Shown: positions 27,929-35,703 of the stretch, in pieces | Layout: each line of letters begins with the position of its first letter | How positions within the stretch are numbered: the first letter of the stretch is position 1 | From: an uncultured bacterium | GTDB lineage: Bacteria; Patescibacteriota; Patescibacteriia; UBA1558; GWA2-36-10 | Direction: 5' to 3' | DNA length: 35,703 bases | Assembly: GCA_903876815.1 (NCBI GenBank) | Contig: CAIRBL010000055.1 | Span: 1-35,703 of the forward strand | Made by a program: the position numbers and the translations under genes | The notes under the pieces: model-generated | The model's database searches: none | What the model was told of the DNA's origin: nothing | The model's input: only the letters and a program-made list of their open reading frames with translations

Positions 27929-28357
27929 ATGCAAAAGAAATTTTTAATTTTAGTTTTCGTCTTTGCTTTTGTCTTGACTGCCTGTGGTCAAACAAAGACT
28001 AATGAGGTGACTGATAATCTTGATTCAGGTACACTAGGTGAAGCTTTGGATGAAGCAAAGCCAGAGATAGATGAGGCAGCTGAACAGCCAAATGCTGAGG
28101 CAGAGGCTTTTAATTGGATTTCTGCTGATGAAGTAGCCAAGCATAATACCGCTCAAGATTGTTGGACTATTATTCATGATCAAGTTTTTGATATCACTAA
28201 GGCTATTGGTTCTCATCCTGGTGGAGAAACTATCATTGCTGGCTGTGGTAAAAATGCAACAGAGATGTTTGAGTCTAAACCAGTTACGGGTAAACCACAT
28301 TCACAAATGGCTCAAGAAAATTTGGATAATTTTTATTTAGGTGATTTAGCGCGATAG
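27929..28357 (+). CDS. Lipoprotein with a cytochrome b5-like heme/steroid-binding domain
   Basis: Lipobox LTAC; EVAKHN...DCW...HPGG...HS. Confidence 0.9.
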   Translation: MQKKFLILVFVFAFVLTACGQTKTNEVTDNLDSGTLGEALDEAKPEIDEAAEQPNAEAEAFNWISADEVAKHNTAQDCWTIIHDQVFDITKAIGSHPGGETIIAGCGKNATEMFESKPVTGKPHSQMAQENLDNFYLGDLAR

Positions 28358-28424
28358 AATCATTTAAGTAATTTTTTATATTTTAAAACAAGCTGATAAA
28401 GGCTTGTTTTAAAATTTTTTAATT

Positions 28425-28478
28425 TTGACAATTTTTAGCTATTCAGCTAGATTGAACACAATAAGAAGTTCGTTGACA
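28425..28478 (+). promoter_or_regulatory. sigma70 promoter plus boxA-like motif
   Basis: TTGACA-17 nt-TAGATT, then GTTCGTTGACA (28468-28478); GAGGAG SD downstream. Confidence 0.6.
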
Positions 28479-28510
28479 GTCGAATCACAAGCAGCAGAGG
28501 AGACACGATC

Positions 28511-29563
28511 ATGTCACAGTTCAAACAACTCATCACCCTTGCTGGTAAAGGCAATTATCCTTTGGCCAGAAATGTCATCTCATATTTGGGGGACAATGGA
28601 ATCATTTGTGTCAAATCACACATTAATCCCAGGCGTTATATTGATGGTGAGCCAAATGATGAAATAGTTTTGCGCCGAGAAATCCCAGGCTCAGATGTGC
28701 TGGTTTTTCAAAGCATGGAATCTTTGCTCCATGAAGCGCAATTTATGGATCTGGCTGGTTCAGCCATGTTTCAGTACGGAGCTCGTTCAGTCACCGCTAT
28801 TTTGCCTTTTATGCGTTACAGAAGGCAAGATCATCCCAATGAAGTGAAGGGAGAGATGAATCGTAATTTGTTATTGATCAAACGTATCGCTGCCATGGGC
28901 GTAAAGCGCGTCGTGCTTTGCGATATACATTCTGACATCACGATTCGTAATTTCCGAAATGAGGGCATCAAGGTTTGGAACATTGAGCAGGTTGACACCT
29001 TCGCGCCTTTCTTGGCGGACTACATCGTTGAAGCTAAGGCAGACGGTCGACCGATCTATGCTTTGGCGCTAGACAAGGGTTCGGTTCCTAGAGCAATTCA
29101 AATGGCAAGATACTTCGGTATTAAAATGGGTATTAAAGTGGCAGTTTGTTTTAAGGAAAGACTATCTGCCACTGAAACTAGAATTATCAAAAATCCAGCA
29201 GAGATTGCTCGCCTGAAAGCTGAATATGGTGATGATTTCATTTTTGATGACAGCGTCTTGGCTGACGCTGTGGTCATTATCACTGAGGATGAGGTGAGTA
29301 CCGCTGGTTCATCTGAGCAGATGGGTAATCACTTAAGGTCTTTGGGGGTACATCAATCAATTCTCTGCTTCACTCATGCTGTTTGTGTTGGTGAATGGAG
29401 GGCGCATCTTTTGGTTACCAGACGATTTGATGTTATCTGTTCTGCCAACACAATGGAAATCACCTATGATAAAATGACAGGAGGAGAAATTTTACGAGTG
29501 GATGTGGCATCGATGATTGGCGCTACCTTGCTCGAAGTCATCGAAGACATCAAGCGAGGATGA
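28511..29563 (+). CDS. Divergent ribose-phosphate pyrophosphokinase (PRPP synthetase)-like protein
   Basis: DGE...GSDVLVFQS, PFMRYRRQD, CDIHS, KER, EDEVSTAGS, THAV. Confidence 0.8.
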   Translation: MSQFKQLITLAGKGNYPLARNVISYLGDNGIICVKSHINPRRYIDGEPNDEIVLRREIPGSDVLVFQSMESLLHEAQFMDLAGSAMFQYGARSVTAILPFMRYRRQDHPNEVKGEMNRNLLLIKRIAAMGVKRVVLCDIHSDITIRNFRNEGIKVWNIEQVDTFAPFLADYIVEAKADGRPIYALALDKGSVPRAIQMARYFGIKMGIKVAVCFKERLSATETRIIKNPAEIARLKAEYGDDFIFDDSVLADAVVIITEDEVSTAGSSEQMGNHLRSLGVHQSILCFTHAVCVGEWRAHLLVTRRFDVICSANTMEITYDKMTGGEILRVDVASMIGATLLEVIEDIKRG

Positions 29564-29586
29564 TTGCTTGTCTGTGATTCGTTCCT

Positions 29587-29617
29587 AGCTCACCCCACTC
29601 GGCGGGTGAGCTTTTTA
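29587..29617 (+). terminator. Intrinsic terminator
   Basis: AGCTCACCC-CACTCGGC-GGGTGAGCT-TTTT. Confidence 0.8.
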
Positions 29618-29647
29618 CTTTAGCTAAATTTTGTTATACTAAAGTTA

Positions 29648-30361
29648 ATGAAAAAAATAAATACAAAAAATTTTGTTCATCATCAAGATTCTAAGTTATC
29701 AAATAACATTCGAGAGATTATTTTTGGTGCAGAGGACGGTATGGTCTCTACTTTGGGGGCTATCACTGGCATTGCTGCTGGTACAGCCAATAGCAAAATG
29801 GTTTTATTATCTGGTCTAGTGATTATTGCGGTAGAAAGTATCTCGATGGGTATTGGCTCATATCTTTCTAATAAGTCAGTAATTGATTTGAGTAAAAGAA
29901 AGTTATACGAAGAAAAATTAGAAATAGAGCATTTTCCTAAAACCGAACAAAAAGAGCTACTGAGTATTTATTTGCGTAATGGTTGGCCAAAAAAATTAGC
30001 CAGTCAAATGGTTTTGGCAGCTAGTAAAAACAAGAAACTGATGTTAGAAGAAATGGCTTATCGGGAATTATCTTTAGCACCAAAAATTGAAGACAATTCT
30101 TTGACTGGTGGTTTATTTATGTTTGCTTTTTATATCATTGGTGGTGCCATACCATTGTTAAGTTATGTTTTTTTATCTATTCCGCAAGCTATTTATTTTT
30201 CTATTGTCAGCACTTTATTTAGTTTGTTTATTTTGGGGGTTTTTAGCACCAAATTTACTAGATTAATTTGGTGGAAAGCTGGTTTACAGATGTTTGTACT
30301 AGCTTCAATTGCAGCTTTAGTAGGTTTTATTGTCGGTAAAATAGCAGAGAATATTTTTTAA
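29648..30361 (+). CDS. VIT1/CCC1 family Fe/Mn transporter
   Basis: REIIFGAEDGMVS, SMGIGSYLS, GGAIPLLSY. Confidence 0.92.
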   Translation: MKKINTKNFVHHQDSKLSNNIREIIFGAEDGMVSTLGAITGIAAGTANSKMVLLSGLVIIAVESISMGIGSYLSNKSVIDLSKRKLYEEKLEIEHFPKTEQKELLSIYLRNGWPKKLASQMVLAASKNKKLMLEEMAYRELSLAPKIEDNSLTGGLFMFAFYIIGGAIPLLSYVFLSIPQAIYFSIVSTLFSLFILGVFSTKFTRLIWWKAGLQMFVLASIAALVGFIVGKIAENIF

Positions 30362-30370
30362 ATTTATATT

Positions 30371-31294
30371 ATGATTAAAAGCTATAAAAATTCAGTCCAA
30401 CAAAAGAAATTACGTCAGACAGCGGAATTTTCTGATCACTCTTGGCTTTCTGTGGTAGAGCCAAGCAAAGAGGAAATAAAAAAATTAAGCCAGAGTTTAA
30501 ATTTGGACGAAGATATTTTGGCAGACAGCTTAGATAAATATGAGTTGCCTCGTATTGAGATAGAGGGAGAAAATATTTTGGTCATCTTGCGTGCGATTGT
30601 TGAAGAAAAAGGCTCTTATACTACTTACCCTTTGACGATTATTTTCAGACCAAAGCTGTTAGTGACCATTAGTCCGGTTAAAAATATTGTACTGGATGAT
30701 TTTGTCAATCAAAAAGTAAATTTTTTAACAACCCAACATTCTAATTTGTTGATCAATGTTTGTTTGCGAGTGATTTATTATTATCAGAAGTATATCGTCA
30801 TTTTGAATCGTAAGGTGCAAAAAGAAAAATCTCAAATTCATGGTATTAGTAAAAAAGATGTGTATGATTTAGTGGAGATTGAGGAAAGTTTAAATAAAGT
30901 AATAGCCGCTTTGACGCCAACTATTAGTACTATCAAAAAATTATTGCAGTATAACTATATTCATTTATATAAAGAAGACAAAGATTTAATCGATGATGTC
31001 TCAGTTGATGGGGAGCAGGTTTTGGAACTAGCAATTACCAATTTGAAAACAGTCAAAAATATTAGGGACGCCTATACTACTGTGATGTCGATTGAGCTAA
31101 ATCAAACTATGAGACTTTTGACTTACATCACAGCCTTATTTACCATACCGATGTTGATTTCTAGTATGTATGGTATGAATATAAAATTGCCTTTGGCTGA
31201 TTGGCCGCATGCTTTTTTGGTGGTTTCTGGTCTAGCTTTGTCTTTAGTATTGGTAGCGGTAATAATCTTTATCTCTTTTAAGAAAAAAATCTAA
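30371..31294 (+). CDS. corA: CorA family Mg2+ transporter
   Basis: LNQTMRLLT...YGMN followed by a second TM helix. Confidence 0.9.
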   Translation: MIKSYKNSVQQKKLRQTAEFSDHSWLSVVEPSKEEIKKLSQSLNLDEDILADSLDKYELPRIEIEGENILVILRAIVEEKGSYTTYPLTIIFRPKLLVTISPVKNIVLDDFVNQKVNFLTTQHSNLLINVCLRVIYYYQKYIVILNRKVQKEKSQIHGISKKDVYDLVEIEESLNKVIAALTPTISTIKKLLQYNYIHLYKEDKDLIDDVSVDGEQVLELAITNLKTVKNIRDAYTTVMSIELNQTMRLLTYITALFTIPMLISSMYGMNIKLPLADWPHAFLVVSGLALSLVLVAVIIFISFKKKI

Positions 31295-31347
31295 TATTTA
31301 TTAAAAAAGTAGCTTTTCTTTCGGGGCTATTTTTTTATTTGCCTTTA

Positions 31348-31402
31348 TTGACAAAATTGGTTATTTTTAGTATGGTAAGATGTTAAATGGGCTCTTTGTC
31401 AA
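31348..31402 (+). promoter_or_regulatory. sigma70 promoter plus boxA-like motif
   Basis: TTGACA-17 nt-TATGGT, then GCTCTTTGTCAA (31391-31402). Confidence 0.65.
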
Positions 31403-31599
31403 ATCAATGTCCTTGGCTGTATGGCCTTTGACATTTGTATATCGATTTTGACCAACAACCATTGAGCGCTGTTTTGCCGATTGCCAAAATCGTTGAGACA
31501 CCTTGATGTCCATATAAATCAGATTTGAACACGTTGACGAGCTCCCCCTTGTGTTTGGTTGGTGAGGAATCAGAAAACCATCGAAAGGATGAGAGACTC

Positions 31600-34500
31600 A
31601 TGAAGACAAGAACGTGGATTGGCATCATCGCCTGCGGCTTGTGGGCGAGTTTTGCGCTGGCGGCTCCCAAGCCGTCCGTGCATTTCGAAGTCAGCGGTGT
31701 GCCCGTGGTCACTGATGTCGACGAGTTCGGCAGCAGGACCAGGGATCACCAGGGTCGTTTTCTCATCGAAGAAGGCGGTCAGTGGTACTACGCTACGACC
31801 GAATCCTCGGGAGATGACGCACATCTGGTGAAGTACGACACGGTGGAGCGTTCCATCCCCGACAACCTGGCGGCCTACAGTGATCCGGCAATCGATCGGC
31901 AGGTGCGGGAGTTCAACTCCAATGCCACGGACATCGTGCCGGTGCTGGGCGATATCGCTGTCACCTTCATCGAGGTTTGCACCAGCTGGCCTGGACGGCC
32001 GGCTGATCCGGAACATTTCTGGCAATGGGAGGGCCAGGTACTGGATCCCCAGCAATTCCATGACATGGTTTTCCTGGAGAACTACGAGCAGAGCTATCCG
32101 GGATACGTGAACCAGGGTGGTTATGCGATTCCTGGCTCAGCCAATGACTGGTGGTTGTGGTCCAGTCGTGGCCGTTCTCGGCTGGTACCAGACGAGTCGC
32201 GGTATCCGGCTGGCTATGTGCCGCCACGTCCCGGCTGGATTGTGAATCCGGCCACTGGCCTGCCTTTCGTGCTGAACATGTCTTTCATTCATAACTCGGC
32301 AAGTGTTTGGGAGATGCTGACTGAGGCCGGCATCGACATCAGCCTGGACCCACGTCGACCGATCGTCTTTTTGGCCCATGGCCAAAGCAGCTCCCGTGCC
32401 CATTACAATGGCTATACCATTTTGGACATGGAGCAATTCGATGATTCGCCCTTGACCATCGGCCCGCTGGTACACGAGTTCGGGCACTGCGTCTTGCAGC
32501 TTCCCGACCTCTACTTCGATACGCCGAACAACGCCTTTCAGTTGATGAACCAAGGTGGAAACGGTTACTATGATCCGGAAACCCATCGCAATTATTTGGG
32601 GTATCCTTCGGATCTGGAGACCTCCAGCAAGGAGCTCATCGGCTGGGAAGAGCCGATCTACGTCAATGCGCCCGGCGACTACCTGTTTGATTCGGACTAC
32701 GTGCCTTACTGCCTGGTGAATCCGAATCGTCCCGACGAGAAGATCTACATCAACTCCTGGAACCAGGAAGATGGCTTCATGTCGCGGCACAATCCGGTGG
32801 GCGAGGGACGATTGGTCATCCAGCACGCCTCGCTCAACAAGCCGGGTTGGAAGTTCCAAGACAAGCCCTGCGCCGAGCTCATCTGGTCCAGTCATTCCAC
32901 GGGAGATTGGAACGAGGCTTGGCCCTATGGTGCGGAGCACGTCGTCCTGGATGTGGAAACCTGGGAGACTGGCATCTGGTTCGGCTGGACAGTCAACACC
33001 ACCAATGGAGGTGAAGAGCGAGAAATGCTCTCCTTCCGAGTGGATGAACGGCCGATGGCCACAGCCTATGTGGTCATGACCTATGATCCGCTGATGGAGG
33101 AGGTGCCCTTGGATGGAGCGGAAGCGAATTTCCACTTCATCAACTTGGGCCCCACCTTCAGTGGTTGGGAGATGAGCCTGGGTGGGGAGACGGTTTCGGG
33201 TCAGGATACGGTGAGCTTCAACCAGACCTTTGAGGTCAGCTTTTCCAGCAACGTCTGGAGTGCAACGACCTTGGGTCAGGTTTTGAACCTGCCTCTGACC
33301 CTGCACTTGCAGTCACCGGACACCACCATCATCGTCGAGCGTCTGCGGCCCTTTGTCGGTTTGCGTCCAAGCAACTGGGCCATACCGACCACTGATGTGA
33401 CGGTCATCGAGACTTTTCGTGAGCACGTGCTCAAAGCGGAAGGCTCCAATCTGACCGTGTACACCAATGGGCAACAGGGAGCGAGCCTGGGGTTCTTGTC
33501 GGAAATCAAGGATCTCTGTTTCGCCGGAGACGACACCGATCACTTCGCGGTGATCGGCGAGGACTGGGCGGCTCTGTGTCGGGTACAAAACAACAACTTC
33601 GTGCTGATCAGTCAGCCGGTCATCAATCAGCCGGTCGATGCTTACGCCTTGTCAGACACGCCGGAGTTCGGTTGGTGTCTGACGATTGCTAGCAACAATC
33701 GGCTTTTCGCCGATCGGTTGACCAACGGTGCGGAAGTGTTCGAGTTCAATCTGCCTGAGTACGTTGTGCCGGCCAAAGACTTGGCCTATGCAGGTCATGA
33801 TCCTATCGGTGACACCGAGCTCGGCAGTCGCTTCTGCTTGATTGGCGGTAGTGGCAACAACTGGGTACACGTGACCAACGTCGCGGGTGACTCGTTGTAT
33901 GCCCGGACAGCCGGTGACTGCGGCCTGATCAAGAATCCTTTGAGTCTGGATCTCCTAGGTAACGGCTACTATGGATTCGTGGTCAGCGTACTGACCTGTG
34001 TCAATAACTTCGGTGGCTATGATGAAGAGCTGTGGCACATCAGCTACAGCCACGATCAAGGTCACCACGGAGTTGGTATCATCGACCTCGGGAACTACAA
34101 CCCGGGCTACGAGAGTGGAATCGAAGCCCTTGTGCCTTACCACAACACCGACTTCCCGTCGCGGGAAGCCTTGGTGGCCAATGACTACTTTCCGTACTCC
34201 AACACCGGCACGGACATCAAGCTCTTCGATCTGGGTCACAATGATCCGGAGATTCGTGTGTTGGAGAGTGTTCCGCCCAGACGTCGTGAGTTCAAGGTCG
34301 GCAACTTCAATGCCGATCAGATTCATGACTTGCTGGTAGTGGATCGTGGCGAAGGTGTGCGTTTCTGGCGTGGTTCAGGTGACTTGAACTTCCAAGATCA
34401 AGGCCTGATACATCGCTACAGCAACGCGAATCGCTCGCCGGTTTTCTGCCAGCGCTTCGGCAGTCTGCAGCTCGGCTTCTACGAAGCCGGACAGCTCAAG

Positions 34501-34875
34501 TTCTACGACTTGCCCTCGACAGAGTGGCCGTTCTGGGCGCGTTTGAACGGTGTAGGCAATCAACGTCACATGCCCAACGAAAATTGGGTTGCGCCCAGTG
34601 GACCGTTGAATCCGCCCGACATCAGCATCACGCGCTTGGGCAACGGCGATATGCGTCTGAACATCGAGTCCATCTCCTACGGTCAGCAGTGCAACACTTT
34701 CCAAGTGTGGTTTTCCATCAACCAGGCAAACTGGACACGTCTGGCCACGGTTCTGTGGGATGGACAAAGTGCGACCAACTGGACGCATCATCGGGCCTTG
34801 GTTGGCAACCAGATCGGTTTCTATCGAGTGGTGGTCACCACCAATCTCGATGGCGGCGCCATCTGGAGCGAATAA
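31600..34875 (+). CDS. Secreted M6 (immune inhibitor A)-like zinc metalloprotease with beta-rich C-terminal domains
   Basis: Signal peptide from ATG 31600; HEFGHCVLQLPDLY, LMNQG, SKELIGW; FG-GAP-like GNFNADQIHDLLV; GC-rich. Confidence 0.8.
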   Translation: MKTRTWIGIIACGLWASFALAAPKPSVHFEVSGVPVVTDVDEFGSRTRDHQGRFLIEEGGQWYYATTESSGDDAHLVKYDTVERSIPDNLAAYSDPAIDRQVREFNSNATDIVPVLGDIAVTFIEVCTSWPGRPADPEHFWQWEGQVLDPQQFHDMVFLENYEQSYPGYVNQGGYAIPGSANDWWLWSSRGRSRLVPDESRYPAGYVPPRPGWIVNPATGLPFVLNMSFIHNSASVWEMLTEAGIDISLDPRRPIVFLAHGQSSSRAHYNGYTILDMEQFDDSPLTIGPLVHEFGHCVLQLPDLYFDTPNNAFQLMNQGGNGYYDPETHRNYLGYPSDLETSSKELIGWEEPIYVNAPGDYLFDSDYVPYCLVNPNRPDEKIYINSWNQEDGFMSRHNPVGEGRLVIQHASLNKPGWKFQDKPCAELIWSSHSTGDWNEAWPYGAEHVVLDVETWETGIWFGWTVNTTNGGEEREMLSFRVDERPMATAYVVMTYDPLMEEVPLDGAEANFHFINLGPTFSGWEMSLGGETVSGQDTVSFNQTFEVSFSSNVWSATTLGQVLNLPLTLHLQSPDTTIIVERLRPFVGLRPSNWAIPTTDVTVIETFREHVLKAEGSNLTVYTNGQQGASLGFLSEIKDLCFAGDDTDHFAVIGEDWAALCRVQNNNFVLISQPVINQPVDAYALSDTPEFGWCLTIASNNRLFADRLTNGAEVFEFNLPEYVVPAKDLAYAGHDPIGDTELGSRFCLIGGSGNNWVHVTNVAGDSLYARTAGDCGLIKNPLSLDLLGNGYYGFVVSVLTCVNNFGGYDEELWHISYSHDQGHHGVGIIDLGNYNPGYESGIEALVPYHNTDFPSREALVANDYFPYSNTGTDIKLFDLGHNDPEIRVLESVPPRRREFKVGNFNADQIHDLLVVDRGEGVRFWRGSGDLNFQDQGLIHRYSNANRSPVFCQRFGSLQLGFYEAGQLKFYDLPSTEWPFWARLNGVGNQRHMPNENWVAPSGPLNPPDISITRLGNGDMRLNIESISYGQQCNTFQVWFSINQANWTRLATVLWDGQSATNWTHHRALVGNQIGFYRVVVTTNLDGGAIWSE

Positions 34876-34888
34876 GGAGGAAGGAAGT

Positions 34889-35581
34889 ATGCAGCGTTTT
34901 TTCCTGTGGGCTTGGCTTGTGCTGAGTCTGACGCAAGGCGCGTCAGCTTTGTACATCTCGGCTCACTCTGAAGACTGGCCTGAAGGCTCTTGCTATCCCG
35001 ACAGTGTCTTTGTGCACTGGCTCGACAGTCAGAACAACGAAGGCTGGTCCTACGGTCGAGTGCGTGGACCCGAAGGTTCACCGCAGGTGTTCAGCTTCAG
35101 CTGGTGTAGCAACATTCCGGAGAGTCAGTACATCCCGGTGTACAGTTTCGTCTCCGAGTTGCGCATCAAGCTCAACACGGGAGTCGAGCAGTACTGGCCC
35201 CTGTCAGCACTGTACATGGACTGTGATCCGGCACCGTTTCCCATCCTCTTGCCCTTCGGCACCTTCAATGGTTGCGAGGCAATGGAAACGGGGATGGCCG
35301 ATCCGGTCTTGCCCCAGAGCTTGCAGCTGGAGCAGAACTATCCCAACCCCTTCAACCCCAACACCACGATCAAGTTCGGCTTGCAGTCGGCCAAGCACGT
35401 TAGCCTCAAGGTCTACGACCTGAAAGGCGAGTTGGTGGCCACGCTTGCTGACGAGCAGATGTCCGCCGGCGAACATCAGCTGGACTTCAGCGCCGGCAAC
35501 TTGAGCAGCGGCATTTACTTCTATCGCCTGACAACGTCGAACGGATTGAGCCAGACGAAGAAGATGACCCTGATCAAGTAG
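34889..35581 (+). CDS. Secreted protein with a T9SS type-A C-terminal sorting domain
   Basis: AAGGAGG SD, signal peptide; LEQNYPNPFNPNTTIKF...VYDLKGELVATL...LSSGIYFYRL...TKKMTLIK. Confidence 0.9.
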   Translation: MQRFFLWAWLVLSLTQGASALYISAHSEDWPEGSCYPDSVFVHWLDSQNNEGWSYGRVRGPEGSPQVFSFSWCSNIPESQYIPVYSFVSELRIKLNTGVEQYWPLSALYMDCDPAPFPILLPFGTFNGCEAMETGMADPVLPQSLQLEQNYPNPFNPNTTIKFGLQSAKHVSLKVYDLKGELVATLADEQMSAGEHQLDFSAGNLSSGIYFYRLTTSNGLSQTKKMTLIK

Positions 35582-35600
35582 AATCGATATGCAATCAACC

Positions 35601-35637
35601 AGGCCCGACTTCATCAGAAGTCGGGCCTCTTATTTTT
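35601..35637 (+). terminator. Intrinsic terminator ending the GC-rich operon
   Basis: AGGCCCGACTTC-ATCA-GAAGTCGGGCCT followed by a T-rich tract. Confidence 0.85.
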
Positions 35638-35703
35638 AAATATATAAAATTAAAATCAGACTAAATTTTTTAGCAAATTTAAAAACAGCCAAATAAATTT
35701 TAT

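Noticed and set aside
31404-35614. Many overlapping ORFs in the GC-rich operon, including the 389-aa ORF at 32137-33306
   Set aside because: Stop-poor alternative frames expected at high GC; no recognisable motifs
1-35703. Alternative genetic code (UGA recoding)
   Set aside because: Genes are full length under code 11, and TGA ends the prs-like gene just before its terminator

Overview
AT-rich bacterial chromosome segment in standard code 11, most consistent with a Patescibacteria/CPR (Parcubacteria-type) genome. That assignment is inferred from SD-less AT-rich starts, DUF5671 and PsbP-like surface proteins and short GC palindromes. Left to right: a partial GT-C-type membrane glycosyltransferase, greA, a 40-aa basic ORF and a lysozyme-like membrane protein. 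Next is a tRNA-Arg/Lys/His operon with a GIY-YIG gene lying between a duplicated 5' piece of tRNA-Lys and the intact tRNA-Lys. A large serine recombinase element is integrated in the tRNA-His 3' end and is followed by an apparent tandem array of modules (structured RNA + ParB/HEPN-like + Dam; a GC-rich SPFH-like gene pair; surface proteins), separated by repeated ACCCCA+terminator sites. Then come YibE/F, an AftA-like transferase, pgeF, DUF5671, Zur-ZIP, TspO, a CsoR copper operon with a C-terminally extended CopA, a histidine phosphatase, a cytochrome b5-like lipoprotein, a divergent PRPP synthetase, VIT1 and CorA. The window ends with a GC-rich FCB-type operon (M6-like metalloprotease + T9SS-sorting-domain protein). 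Family calls come from recognising motifs by eye and GC values are rough estimates. No searches were run.
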